From positions 1 to 64,000 of the forward strand of contig DATFEP010000014.1 in NCBI GenBank assembly GCA_035250975.1: a stretch of DNA of 64,000 bases, in the 5' to 3' direction. The notes under the pieces were generated by a model that worked only from the letters and a program-made list of their open reading frames with translations, was not told the origin of the DNA and ran no database searches. The stretch is from Nitrososphaeraceae archaeon (lineage in GTDB: Archaea > Thermoproteota > Nitrososphaeria > Nitrososphaerales > Nitrososphaeraceae). This document shows positions 49,953 to 60,181 of the stretch, piece by piece. Made by a program: the position numbers and the translations under genes. Numbering within the stretch: the first letter of the stretch is position 1; every line of letters begins with the position of its first letter.

Positions 49953-52220
49953 ATGATAATGGCAGATACAAATTATGAAATTTATAAAAAGATTAGAAAA
50001 TTATCCACGTTACTTGTAATATTTATCTTTTTCACTGTTCTAACTTCTGGCATCATTCAAAATTATTCTACATTTGCACAAGTAGGTAAATTCGGAACAT
50101 TTTCTGGTTCCAACTTTAAATATATTAAAGATTCAGAACTATTTCAATTAAAGGAATTTTCTGTTGCATCTTGGTTTAAAACAAATTCTACTAGTAAGTT
50201 TATTTCTTTCATTGTTGACAAAGGAGGCACAGGATCAGAAGCTGCTGGGGAGAATATGAATTTTGGGATGTTTTTGAATCCTCTTGGTCAAATTCAGGCG
50301 GGATTTGAAACATTAGACGGATCAAATCACTTCGTGACTTCTCAAAATAAGTTAAATGATAATAAATGGCATTATGGTACCGTCACGTACGACGGTTCAA
50401 TCCTAAAATTATTTGTGGATGGAGTTCTCATAAATGATAAAAATACCACTAATGCTGAACCTGATTATACTGGAAAAAACCGCATAACAATAGGAGCGAA
50501 TTCTCTGTTTAAAGATAAGTTGTTTATTGGAGATCTAGACGAGGTTCGAATTTGGGATCGGGCTTTAACAAATGCAGAGGTCTATGATGGATTTTCAAAA
50601 AACAAGTTTAATCTTGAAGGTCAATTAGTTTTTGTATCCTTTGGAGATAACATTTTATGTAAACAAGAAAAACAGGTCAATGTGACATCGATAGGCAGTC
50701 AAGAAGAACATCCTGCAATAGATGCAATAGACGCAAATCAGTCGACTAGATGGTCATATCCTGGTCTTAATTCTTGGATATTGTTAGACCTTGGCGGGGA
50801 GAAGGAAGTCTGTGATATAGATATATCATGGTACAAAGGTGATAACAGAAAAATCAAATTTGTAGTTTCTGCTTCATCTGACGGTGAAATATTCAGCAAC
50901 ATTTTCTCTGAGACAAGCAGTGGTCTAACCGATGGTCCAGAAAGATACGATCTTCCTGATATCAATACTCGATTCTTAAAATTAAGTATTATTGCAAATT
51001 CAATGAATGACTGGTCAAGTATTTCTGAGATAGATATCAATAATCCACGTGTTCCAGGTTCACCATCCCCATGTCAAGAATTATCTATATCTCCAAATGG
51101 TGTTACCTCCATAGGCAATCAAGCCACTCATCCTGAGCAAGATGCTGTTGATGGTGATTTGAATACCAGATGGTCCAATTTTGGATTAGGTTCATGGATA
51201 GATATAGACATAGGAAAAGAAGTAGATGTTTGTGATCTAGGGATATCATGGTACAAAGGCGATGTTCGCAAACTAGATTTCTTAATTTCTGTGTCTTCAG
51301 ACGGAAATGATTATAGACAAATATTTTCTGCTCGCAGCAGTGGAGATACTTCAGAATTAGAAATGCATGATATACCAGACACAACTGCTAAATTTGTAAG
51401 GATCACGGTTACTGGAAATAGTATGAATAATTGGTCAAGCATATCTGAAATAAAGATATTCGGCAAAGACGTTCAATCAGATTCATTTCTATCTGTTTCA
51501 CAAGTTGGAGTATTAACAAAGGTAATTAATAACAATGGTGGGGATAAACAGCCTAAAGACTTTAATATCTCTGTAACAGGAATGCAGGCTATTCCAAATT
51601 CATTTTCCGGAAATCCAGATGGACAGATTGTATCATTGAAACCTGGAGATTATATTGTGAATGTTTCGCAGTCATTGGGGTACAAAACAATATATTCTGC
51701 AGGTTGCGTAGGTGTAGTTGGACCGGGCGAAAGTAAGGATTGTGTAATTACATTGGATGATATTAATCCTCCAACCCAACCCATAAATCAAACTTTGTCT
51801 GTACAACAAAAAGAATCTTTACAGAATGCAAACAATTCTTTACAGAAGATGAACAATTCTTTACAGAATGCAAACAATTCTTTACAGAAGATGAACAATA
51901 TTAAGAGTGATGAAAGACGCCTAATATCAAATATACCAGAATTGAAGGTTATTGTAGAAGTATTAAATGTATACGGAGGAACGAAAAATCCTTCTGATTT
52001 CACACTGGTTATTAAAGGAGAAAATCCCCTACCCAATACCTTTACAGGTAATTCCAATTTACAGATAGTGTCTATAAGTCCTGGAAAATATGAAGTTGAG
52101 GTAAAGGATCTATTAGGATATACGGTTAATAGAATTTCAGGATGTGATGGGATAATAGAAACCATAGATAAGACTTGTATAATAGAATTGATCGATAAGC
52201 CAAATAAAACAGGGGACTAA
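49953..52220 (+). CDS. Large secreted protein: LamG/ConA-like + two F5/8 type C (discoidin) + two prealbumin-like domains
   Basis: WHY.TVTYDGS.LKLFVDG...GDLDEVRIW; two A.D....TRWS...W...DLG...I.WYKGD.R...SISEI repeats; two V.N..GG.K.P.DF domains. Confidence 0.88.
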   Translation: MIMADTNYEIYKKIRKLSTLLVIFIFFTVLTSGIIQNYSTFAQVGKFGTFSGSNFKYIKDSELFQLKEFSVASWFKTNSTSKFISFIVDKGGTGSEAAGENMNFGMFLNPLGQIQAGFETLDGSNHFVTSQNKLNDNKWHYGTVTYDGSILKLFVDGVLINDKNTTNAEPDYTGKNRITIGANSLFKDKLFIGDLDEVRIWDRALTNAEVYDGFSKNKFNLEGQLVFVSFGDNILCKQEKQVNVTSIGSQEEHPAIDAIDANQSTRWSYPGLNSWILLDLGGEKEVCDIDISWYKGDNRKIKFVVSASSDGEIFSNIFSETSSGLTDGPERYDLPDINTRFLKLSIIANSMNDWSSISEIDINNPRVPGSPSPCQELSISPNGVTSIGNQATHPEQDAVDGDLNTRWSNFGLGSWIDIDIGKEVDVCDLGISWYKGDVRKLDFLISVSSDGNDYRQIFSARSSGDTSELEMHDIPDTTAKFVRITVTGNSMNNWSSISEIKIFGKDVQSDSFLSVSQVGVLTKVINNNGGDKQPKDFNISVTGMQAIPNSFSGNPDGQIVSLKPGDYIVNVSQSLGYKTIYSAGCVGVVGPGESKDCVITLDDINPPTQPINQTLSVQQKESLQNANNSLQKMNNSLQNANNSLQKMNNIKSDERRLISNIPELKVIVEVLNVYGGTKNPSDFTLVIKGENPLPNTFTGNSNLQIVSISPGKYEVEVKDLLGYTVNRISGCDGIIETIDKTCIIELIDKPNKTGD
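51816..51899 (+). repeat. In-frame tandem repeat: 2 x 42 nt (4 x 21-nt heptads)
   Basis: TCTTTACAGAATGCAAACAAT TCTTTACAGAAGATGAACAAT repeated exactly; encodes SLQNANN SLQKMNN twice. Confidence 0.95.
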
Positions 52221-52396
52221 ATAATTATTTTAAAATATTTCTGCTATGGCTTTTTATGAATACTTTTAGAACTTTGAACCAGAAATTTAAAATTTGAAAA
52301 AGTAACAAATGTATTATATGTTAAAATTTTCTAAACTTTTGTTACTTTCTGTATTAATACTAAAAGATATAAGATGTAAAGAGGAATATGCACTAA

Positions 52397-52981
52397 ATGA
52401 AATTTCTGATGATACTATCTCTTTTATCCGTTATAATGATATCTCTGATCTCTAATACCGAAAATTATAATCAATTGTTTGCTCAACCAACACATGCCAC
52501 TAAAGTAAATACAACCGATATCGACAGGGCTATAGTTGACATGCTTAACAAAATAAGCCGTGGAAATGTGATTGATAGCACTCTGAACTCAATAGTTAGC
52601 GGTATGAATGTTGGCACGACTCAGACTAATCTATCCCTACCAAGTTCTTCAAATGAGGCAAATTCTATTATATCTACTGATTCGATTAATACCAATAGTA
52701 AATTAGCTACTTCGCAATCTGGATTTTCTGATCTTAATAAATTCGTATTGAAGATAATAAACCAAGATAACAATACCGAAACAATAGTAGCAAGCAATTC
52801 TTTGATAGACTTCAATAACAAATTAATAAAATTCTGTACTACATTATCATTATCATCATTTGAGTGTATTTCAAATCTTAAGGATTCGATACAATCAGTT
52901 GAATTTACAAATTCTTATATGGGACCTACAAAATTGATAACTTATGTAGACAATTATAAATTAGACCTAGAAATAAAATAA
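52397..52981 (+). CDS. Secreted Ser/Thr/Asn-rich hypothetical protein
   Basis: Signal peptide; one Cys pair. Confidence 0.65.
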   Translation: MKFLMILSLLSVIMISLISNTENYNQLFAQPTHATKVNTTDIDRAIVDMLNKISRGNVIDSTLNSIVSGMNVGTTQTNLSLPSSSNEANSIISTDSINTNSKLATSQSGFSDLNKFVLKIINQDNNTETIVASNSLIDFNNKLIKFCTTLSLSSFECISNLKDSIQSVEFTNSYMGPTKLITYVDNYKLDLEIK

Positions 52982-53089
52982 TATTATTTAATATTATTTA
53001 TATTTGCTATTTTTATAATCAAGAAGTTGCAATAGACTTTGTCTACACTTTTATGACTTTAAACAAGTTATATTTTAATATTTGTTCTG

Positions 53090-53476
53090 TTACATTGTAA
53101 TTAATTTAACATGGTCTAGTTTTTTATTTGTTTGAAAGTTCTTTGTCATATTTCTAATCAACTCAGCATCTCCTTTTAATAAAAACACTTCCACACATCT
53201 GTCGATATCTATTTTACTATGGAGATGTGTAGTGATGATTTCTTCATAATCATGTCTCATATTCGTTACCTGATCGTCATCTCTTTCCTGATGAATTATC
53301 AATAATAAGGCACTCAATTCTCCATGCAGAGATTCTCTTTGTTTTTGTTCTGCGAGGATACTTCTCAATCCGGCTCTCACAATTTCGGAGCGGCCCGAAA
53401 ATCCCAAATCCTTTTGCAATTTATTTATATCATTTATAATATCATCATTTAGAGAAATGCTTACTATTGGCAACAT
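53090..53476 (-). CDS. nikR: NikR-family (RHH + metal-binding domain) regulator
   Basis: IVSISL...GFSGRSEIVR RHH; metal ligands RH...HLH....C preserved. Confidence 0.85.
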   Translation of the reverse strand: MLPIVSISLNDDIINDINKLQKDLGFSGRSEIVRAGLRSILAEQKQRESLHGELSALLLIIHQERDDDQVTNMRHDYEEIITTHLHSKIDIDRCVEVFLLKGDAELIRNMTKNFQTNKKLDHVKLITM

Positions 53477-53722
53477 CGATAAATTACTAGTACAGATATA
53501 AAATTTTATGGTTATAACAAGCATATTGATCTAAAGTTATGGAGTTAGCGAGAATATCCTATTACAAGATAATTTGATTACATTGTTCGCGGTAGAGTAT
53601 TCTTGCTTGCGGTTATCGACTAATTTATATGTCCTTGGTCAAATACTGAATAATAAATCAGAAATATTACAATAAACTAACTACAAAAAAAGGTTATATA
53701 TCTTATTTGTCAAGTCATTATA

Positions 53723-54007
53723 TTGAGCTTTGAATCTGTTTCTCCAAAAAAGTTGGCTTTAGTTATTGGGATTGCAGGCGTCGTAATAATCATAGCGTTA
53801 TTGGGCTCGTCTGCAAAAAACCTATTCAGTGGAAGCATAACAGATGAAGCCATAGTAAAGATTAAACAAGGATCTAACTGTATAGTAGAGGGGAATGATA
53901 AAATCCCAAGGATGATAACTGATTGTTCATATAAAGTGAACGATACGATTCTGATTACCTTTAAATCACAACAGCCGACTATCGAAAAACATGAGATCAA
54001 ACAATAA
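53723..54007 (+). CDS. Small membrane-anchored protein with a Cys pair
   Basis: TM helix, then CIVE...I.DC.Y..ND.I.I. Confidence 0.65.
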   Translation: MSFESVSPKKLALVIGIAGVVIIIALLGSSAKNLFSGSITDEAIVKIKQGSNCIVEGNDKIPRMITDCSYKVNDTILITFKSQQPTIEKHEIKQ

Positions 54008-54161
54008 TTAATGCAATTATAGTAATTTACGAAAAGGTAAAGTCGTTAAGTCTTTCTAAATAGAATTGTAAAATTTTTTATCTTATTAATAGAAATGCAA
54101 AATATACATGAGACAATAGTGTGTCTGAAATAAAGTAACAACACTGTAGTACTACCAAATT

Positions 54162-54885
54162 GAGTCTATCCCAAAATTAATCTCTTGTAAACAGTTATAC
54201 TACATGCTAACTGTACAAGACCAAAAAAATTCTTTTTTTCTTTTCATACCTTGTAAATAATTTGCCAAATCTGTTAGGTCATGAATTTGTTCCCTCTACC
54301 ACTCCGCTTCTTCCCGATTGATCTCGCTTGCAGATTTTGTTTTTTTGTCTTCTATGTCGTATATGTGAGACGTATCTTCCCATGATTATTTATGTTTCTA
54401 CTTCTTTGTAATGATATTGTTTATCATGAGATGGATTGTACTTTTTCTTGGATGTATTTTCATCTTTAGATTTGTTTTAGGTGGTAGTTGCTTTTTGATA
54501 GCCTGTACTGACAGATTTTATAAAAGTAGAAAGTGGAATTCCTTCCTTATCTATTAAAATGTCTCTTTTTATGACTAATGTTAGGATATAATTAGGATTA
54601 TGACCTCTTATCACTGCCTCAAGATGATTTTATATATACTGGCAAATATCTGTGATATCCATTTGACTCGCCTTTTGTCATCGTCTATTTTTATCAATCT
54701 GGTGCGTATTTAGTCATATAAAATCTGATTGTATCGACTTTTTAAATGTTTAATCACCTTTAGATTCTGAACCATTTCGGTCGGTAACTTTGTTCATCGA
54801 CATCCAGTTCTCAATACAAACATTATTCCGTCAATGACTTATCTGTAGCATACAACAGAACGACCTATTGTGGTCCCTGGATTTT
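54162..54885 (-). mobile_element. Decayed IS5-family insertion sequence (transposase pseudogene with one surviving end)
   Basis: Minus-strand fragments PGTTIGR..., VIDGIMFVLRTGCR*, KRDILIDKEGIPLS, TNS*PNRFGKLFTRYEKK and GLVQLACSITVYKRLILG*, ending in TTTTGGGATAGACTC. Confidence 0.85.
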
Positions 54886-54888
54886 AGA

Positions 54889-55155
54889 TCAGTGACCTCT
54901 ATTTGACATTGCCCATACAAGATCATCAAACATACTATTCATATGATGAATTTTAATTTTTATACCGTCGAGTAAATTTATTGCTTCAGCAGTATGATTT
55001 GATTTGACCAAGTCGGTGACCTCATCGACATTATTTGCCAATTGAGTATGAATAAATCTCATATGATCCATCAGTATATCTTCAGAACGAGGTTGAGCAA
55101 ATACATGCGGAATAAGAAGAATTCCAATCATAAGACTTATCGAAATTTTATTCAT
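54889..55155 (-). CDS. Small secreted His/Met-rich helical protein
   Basis: Signal peptide ending VFA; MDHMRFIH...IHHMNSM. Confidence 0.7.
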   Translation of the reverse strand: MNKISISLMIGILLIPHVFAQPRSEDILMDHMRFIHTQLANNVDEVTDLVKSNHTAEAINLLDGIKIKIHHMNSMFDDLVWAMSNRGH

Positions 55156-55778
55156 ATTAATTATTATATCATATAATCTTTTAAACTTTTTATAATTAAT
55201 TGTTAACGGATTTCCATCTTATTCTGTTTTAGTGCGGATGTTTGAACAAACTTGTTTCATAAAATTATATTGATTTTTATCTTACAACTGTATAAAGTTA
55301 TGAAATTCACTTCAATATTAGAATATTTAAATTTTAAGGTGAAGATTGAGGCGAAATGTTTACAGACCTGATCTTAAATGGAAATCCAACTACCAATACG
55401 CTATTTCTGTTGAATATGACTTTGTATTGGAATGGGAAACTTGGAGCTAAATCTATGACCTTTAATTGGCAGAATTTTTTTATATAGAGTGACGGTGAAA
55501 ATTCAATTACAAATAGCAAATTTCAGTAAAATTTTTGCTTGATATTATAATCTATGTTTTGGATTATGTCAGTTTTTCTTAGCTTTTTTTGTGCATTTTT
55601 TGAATTAAAATTATTTTAATTTTGCCTAGATCCTCGGTCTGAATGAAATATAATATATTTTTTCTAACTTTCCAATAAAAATTTTAATAAAAATTACTTT
55701 CTACCTGTATCGTTATTATTTTTTCAAGAATAATGTATAATAAGTATAAAATATTTATCTGTGGATGTATAAGAATAA

Positions 55779-57296
55779 TTGTTGACGGAGGATGGGATGA
55801 GTTTGTTAGCAGAACAAGATCGTATGAATGAGAGTGAGAAAGATGATCATGATTTCCTTTTCTTTAATCCGCTTGCTCAACCTATCTCTAAATGGTATGA
55901 ATTGCATAAACGTCTTAACTTGTTTCCATGGTGGATAAGATATAATCTTGGATCTGCTAAGGAGGCGAATCTAAAGAACAGAATCTTAGAAGTCGGTAAA
56001 AATTTAGGACTCTCGACTATTTGGATGAATAAGATCATAAGACATTCAATATCTGAATTTTCTAAGAAAGGTCTAGGATTTGACTATTATGGTTATCACA
56101 ATATTTATCATGAGTTAGAGGCGACGTACTTTACATTGCTTGCAGCGAGCGGCCAAAATCAAGATAATAGATTTGACTTAAAAGATATCAAATACTTGTT
56201 TTTATCCGCGCTTTTCCATGATTATGATCCGTTGAAGAGTTTTGATAAACCAAATGAAGAGGAAGTTGAATGGTTTATAAGAAAAGATAAAAAAATAAGA
56301 GAATGGATAGAGGAAGAAGGATTAAACATTGATATCATGATGGCCATGATTCATAGAACAGCGTATCCCTTTAGAGGCAAGATAGCATCAGATGCAATTG
56401 AAAGGATGAATCAGTTATTCTCTAAAGCCGGGATCCCAATGGAGGATGAAAAGACAAGAACATATTATCATGATTTGGGTTGGTTTCTTTCAGTCTCTGA
56501 GCGTGTTGCTGGTTATGCATTAGGCAATTTTGATCGCGCAATTGAACTTGCTAGACTCAATGCTCATGGGCTTGGTTGGCATCCTTCTCTTATTAATCAA
56601 GAGTCTGTTAAGTACTTTAGTCTATTAAAACAAGAAAAAGAAATGTTATACAGAGTATTAAATTCAGTCTCTGAAAATTATAAACAAAATTTTCTCGAAA
56701 ATATTTCAAAATTTAAAGAAGCATGGATACAAGAAGTGGAAATCAAGAGATCGTTGAGAAAAAATGAGATTAGTTTAATTCCAGTCATAGAGGATAAAAA
56801 TGTGAAAATTGACCCAGAGATTGTTAGTTCTATAATAGATATTCGAAATGATCTCAACGGTCCATTATTAGTAGATAACAAGCAAGATTTTGCTGAATCC
56901 TTATCACATCCTGATACTATCCTTGTTACTCTAAGAGTAAAAGAGAAGGATAGAATAGTAATAGGTTTTGCAAAAGGTGGACCACTAGAACAATACCGGT
57001 TACGTAGAGGTACAAATGATGCAAATCATGGAAAGAAAAATACGGTATTTTTAGAATCGATGTATATTCGATCTGGATACTGGGGTGAAAAAGGGGGCCA
57101 TTTACTTCGATTGTATTTTTTAACTCGATCCAAAGAACTCGGATATGAATATGTTACCGGATATGTTCACCGCGATGTTTTATTACGTAGAAGTGACAAA
57201 GGAGAACCCATTAAACTAGTCCAAAAATACGATCCTGATAAGCTAGATTATTATAGAATTGATTTAAACCAATTTAATTATGATCCACTCTTCTAG
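55779..57296 (+). CDS. HD-superfamily phosphohydrolase fused to a C-terminal GNAT-like domain
   Basis: YHNIYH and ALFHDYDP metal motifs; C-terminal IGFAKG...VFLESMYIRSGYWGEKGG.LL.....K..GY. Confidence 0.75.
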   Translation: MLTEDGMSLLAEQDRMNESEKDDHDFLFFNPLAQPISKWYELHKRLNLFPWWIRYNLGSAKEANLKNRILEVGKNLGLSTIWMNKIIRHSISEFSKKGLGFDYYGYHNIYHELEATYFTLLAASGQNQDNRFDLKDIKYLFLSALFHDYDPLKSFDKPNEEEVEWFIRKDKKIREWIEEEGLNIDIMMAMIHRTAYPFRGKIASDAIERMNQLFSKAGIPMEDEKTRTYYHDLGWFLSVSERVAGYALGNFDRAIELARLNAHGLGWHPSLINQESVKYFSLLKQEKEMLYRVLNSVSENYKQNFLENISKFKEAWIQEVEIKRSLRKNEISLIPVIEDKNVKIDPEIVSSIIDIRNDLNGPLLVDNKQDFAESLSHPDTILVTLRVKEKDRIVIGFAKGGPLEQYRLRRGTNDANHGKKNTVFLESMYIRSGYWGEKGGHLLRLYFLTRSKELGYEYVTGYVHRDVLLRRSDKGEPIKLVQKYDPDKLDYYRIDLNQFNYDPLF

Positions 57297-57541
57297 TAAG
57301 GTTACAATTTTTTCAGAATAATATAAGTACATTTGTAGATTTTTTATTTAGAAAAGATCCAGAATTAGGGAACTTATACAGGATATTAGAGATGATATTT
57401 TAATATATAGCGATCTAATTTTATCTAGATAAATAATTAAAGAAATGATTTTCAAAAACAATAAGATAATTTAATTGGTTGATAAATAACATACGAGAAA
57501 TATTTCATGATAAATAAAAAAAAGTGGTTGAAATTAATTCT

Positions 57542-57757
57542 TCAAGAATGTTCGATGCCAAATGCAATTTTTACACAAGCACGATATTGTGTTATTTTGC
57601 TAGTAGTAGGATCTACTTTTGCTGTCATATCTACTACCTCTATTCCTGTTATTCCATGTATTGTTTTTCGTGCTTCATCAATAGCTACCTGTGCTGCAGC
57701 TTCCCATCCTTTTTCTGAACCTCCAATAATCTCGATTATTTTTGCAACGTGTGCCAT
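57542..57757 (-). CDS. Dodecin family flavin-binding protein
   Basis: KIIEIIG.S.KGWE.AA..A..EA.KT...I.G..V...YR..VKIAF. Confidence 0.9.
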   Translation of the reverse strand: MAHVAKIIEIIGGSEKGWEAAAQVAIDEARKTIHGITGIEVVDMTAKVDPTTSKITQYRACVKIAFGIEHS

Positions 57758-58051
57758 ACCTATAGGTATATATTTTTCTTGGTATAAAAGGTTATTATTT
57801 ATTATAAAATTAATTGCCAAAATGAATATAAATAAATCCATTTATCTTACATGTTTAAGTGTCCATTGCATAATAATTTCCATATATAACTAAATAAATC
57901 AATAATTGGGAAAATGTGCAATAAATACTTTTTCATTAATATTTATTGTCAAAATATTGAACATATGACTATTATTATGTAATAGGTTTTTGATAATAGT
58001 GTGTTGTTTATTTATGTATCTAAATCTAAATACTTTATCGCCTTTTGGACC

Positions 58052-59260
58052 TCAAATTGAGTTAGAAAAGATTTTCTCCAAAGCAGAGACTAATTTATCG
58101 ATATCATCTTCATTGTTATAGAAATGCGGAGATATACGAATACCATTACTACGCGCTGAGACAATTATTTTATATTTCTTTTCTAATATTTTTATTATGT
58201 CCAAAGGTTTTCTATTTTTGGATTGAAATAGTATTATTCCGGATCTATCATTTTTATCTTCAATCGGTGAAAGAATTTTCAAATTGATGGAATGAAGTTT
58301 ATCAATAATATAGTCAGTTAACTGCAATATTCTTTGCTCTATATTTTTGATTCCAATGCTTGAAATATATTGTAATCCTGCGTTTAATGCACTTATGTTG
58401 GGTAAGTTTGGAGATCCTACCTCAAATTTTGTTGCTGTATTTGACATTAATATTTGAGTGTTAATGCTATATAGATTCCTATCCCTTTGGCCAGATTGAC
58501 TAAAGAATGAGGGTCTGAATTGATTTGCTTGTTGTAAATATGTTCCTTTTATGTATAGCGATCCAATACCAAAAGAAGATAATAACCATTTATGACCATT
58601 GGAGGAAGCAAAATCAATATCAAAATCTTTCACATCAAAATACATGCATCCCAAAGACTGAGTAGCATTGACTACAAGGAAAATACCGTATTTTTTTGAA
58701 ATCTTTGCAAGCTGCTTTAAATCTTGTTTGAAACCAGTAGAATATTGAACATGACTTGTAACAATGGTTTTAACGACACTTTGAGGCTTTAGAGAATTTG
58801 TCTTGTCTATCATTTCCACTATATCTTTTATTAGTATCTTATTTTGATCTCTTGCCTTAACAAATTTTAGATTTTCTCTGTCATCGTTTTTGTTAATCCA
58901 AGGAAGGTTTGTTGCAGGAAACTCCAAATCATTTAAGATGACTATTCCTTTTTCTGAAAGCATATGAGCAACAATATTCATCCCTTCACTTGTTGAATGT
59001 GTAAATGCAATCTCTTCAGGGCCTGCAGCTCCAATAAATTTAGCATAGAGTTCACGAGTTTGCTCTATCATCTTTTCCCATATATTCCAAAGTGTACCGC
59101 CATAGTAAAGTGAATCTCGATAAAATTTTACCACCTGCTCGTATACTGTTTTAGGTATAGGTGATATAGCTGCATTGTTAAGATAGGTATATTTCTGTAT
59201 AACCGGAAAATCATCTCTATATTTATTCCAATCAGGGGACATCATTTGTAAATGCACCAA
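58052..59260 (-). CDS. Class V aminotransferase-fold PLP enzyme (cysteine desulfurase / C-S lyase-like)
   Basis: YLNNAAISP, FTHSTSEG, VNATQ, GHKW (PLP lysine), RISPHFYN. Confidence 0.88.
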   Translation of the reverse strand: MVHLQMMSPDWNKYRDDFPVIQKYTYLNNAAISPIPKTVYEQVVKFYRDSLYYGGTLWNIWEKMIEQTRELYAKFIGAAGPEEIAFTHSTSEGMNIVAHMLSEKGIVILNDLEFPATNLPWINKNDDRENLKFVKARDQNKILIKDIVEMIDKTNSLKPQSVVKTIVTSHVQYSTGFKQDLKQLAKISKKYGIFLVVNATQSLGCMYFDVKDFDIDFASSNGHKWLLSSFGIGSLYIKGTYLQQANQFRPSFFSQSGQRDRNLYSINTQILMSNTATKFEVGSPNLPNISALNAGLQYISSIGIKNIEQRILQLTDYIIDKLHSINLKILSPIEDKNDRSGIILFQSKNRKPLDIIKILEKKYKIIVSARSNGIRISPHFYNNEDDIDKLVSALEKIFSNSI

Positions 59261-59450
59261 ACAAACATTATAAATATTAAGACTGTGACGATAAAAGCAT
59301 CCTTAATTGAAACAGATTTGCCAATAATTTTGGCGATTTATAGAAAATATCCTTTCTGGTTTATTAAATCAATTGCAACTCCATTCATAAAAAGATAAAA
59401 TATAAAAATTAAAGAATGAAATCGAGTATCTTGAGGAAATACGTAATTAC

Positions 59451-59777
59451 ATGTTTCTATTATATTATGATATGTTAGTAAAAATTAACAATATTAATCC
59501 CAATAAGGTAAATGTTACACAACTAGATATTGACGACTATGGATCTGTAGTACCTTTAAGAGATTTGGAATTAACCTTACCGCCCTTGGATATAGACGAT
59601 TCCGTATATAATATTTTAAAAAACATACAATATGCGGCGGTATTTACAAGACAAGAACTTGACGATGAGAATAAAATTAAAGATACTGTAATAATCCTTG
59701 CAAATCCGATCACATTAGAAGAACTTAATGCGGAAAAAAATCGCGTAATAGAAGGTTCGTATGAAAAAAAGAAATGA
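59451..59777 (+). CDS. Hypothetical protein
   Basis: Protein-like 108-aa ORF; start uncertain. Confidence 0.6.
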   Translation: MFLLYYDMLVKINNINPNKVNVTQLDIDDYGSVVPLRDLELTLPPLDIDDSVYNILKNIQYAAVFTRQELDDENKIKDTVIILANPITLEELNAEKNRVIEGSYEKKK

Positions 59778-59818
59778 ATATTGTTTGATAATTTTTCTAT
59801 TTTGTCAGTATGTTGAGG

Positions 59819-60181
59819 TTAAGGAATCTCAACAAAGATACTCCCATCCTTTTCCAATACGTTGTAAAGAGTTAGATCCTTGGATTTCTTCCATTCCTGG
59901 CTCTGGTCTGCCCATTTGTCCGGTATCTTCTCTAATTTTCCAGAAAAAATATCATATTCAAAGTCGTGAAGATAACATACTATCCTATTCGAATCACAGG
60001 ATAACTCGCTTTTTGATAGGGAAGCACCTCTATGTGGACAATAGTTATCAAATGCAAACAAATTATTGTTTTTCTTACCTACCAAAAGATCTAAAGAGAG
60101 GTCATTATTGTTGGTCTTAATGGTAAAGAGGTTAATTGTATTGTCGCGAATAAAGCCAGAATTACACACCCGGTAGAGCAC
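59819..60181 (-). CDS. Rieske [2Fe-2S] ferredoxin
   Basis: CPHRGASL...C-x2-H (CYLH). Confidence 0.9.
   Translation of the reverse strand: MLYRVCNSGFIRDNTINLFTIKTNNNDLSLDLLVGKKNNNLFAFDNYCPHRGASLSKSELSCDSNRIVCYLHDFEYDIFSGKLEKIPDKWADQSQEWKKSKDLTLYNVLEKDGSIFVEIP

Noticed and set aside
51816-51899. Short direct repeats as a possible CRISPR array
   Set aside because: No unique spacers; the repeats are contiguous, in frame inside a CDS, and no cas genes are present
57507-57893. Plus-strand ORFs and the 99-aa extended minus ORF over dodecin
   Set aside because: Dodecin homology begins at ATG 57757; the rest is AT-rich promoter sequence or antisense shadow
59761-60120. 119-aa plus-strand ORF
   Set aside because: Antisense to the Rieske gene; no recognisable features
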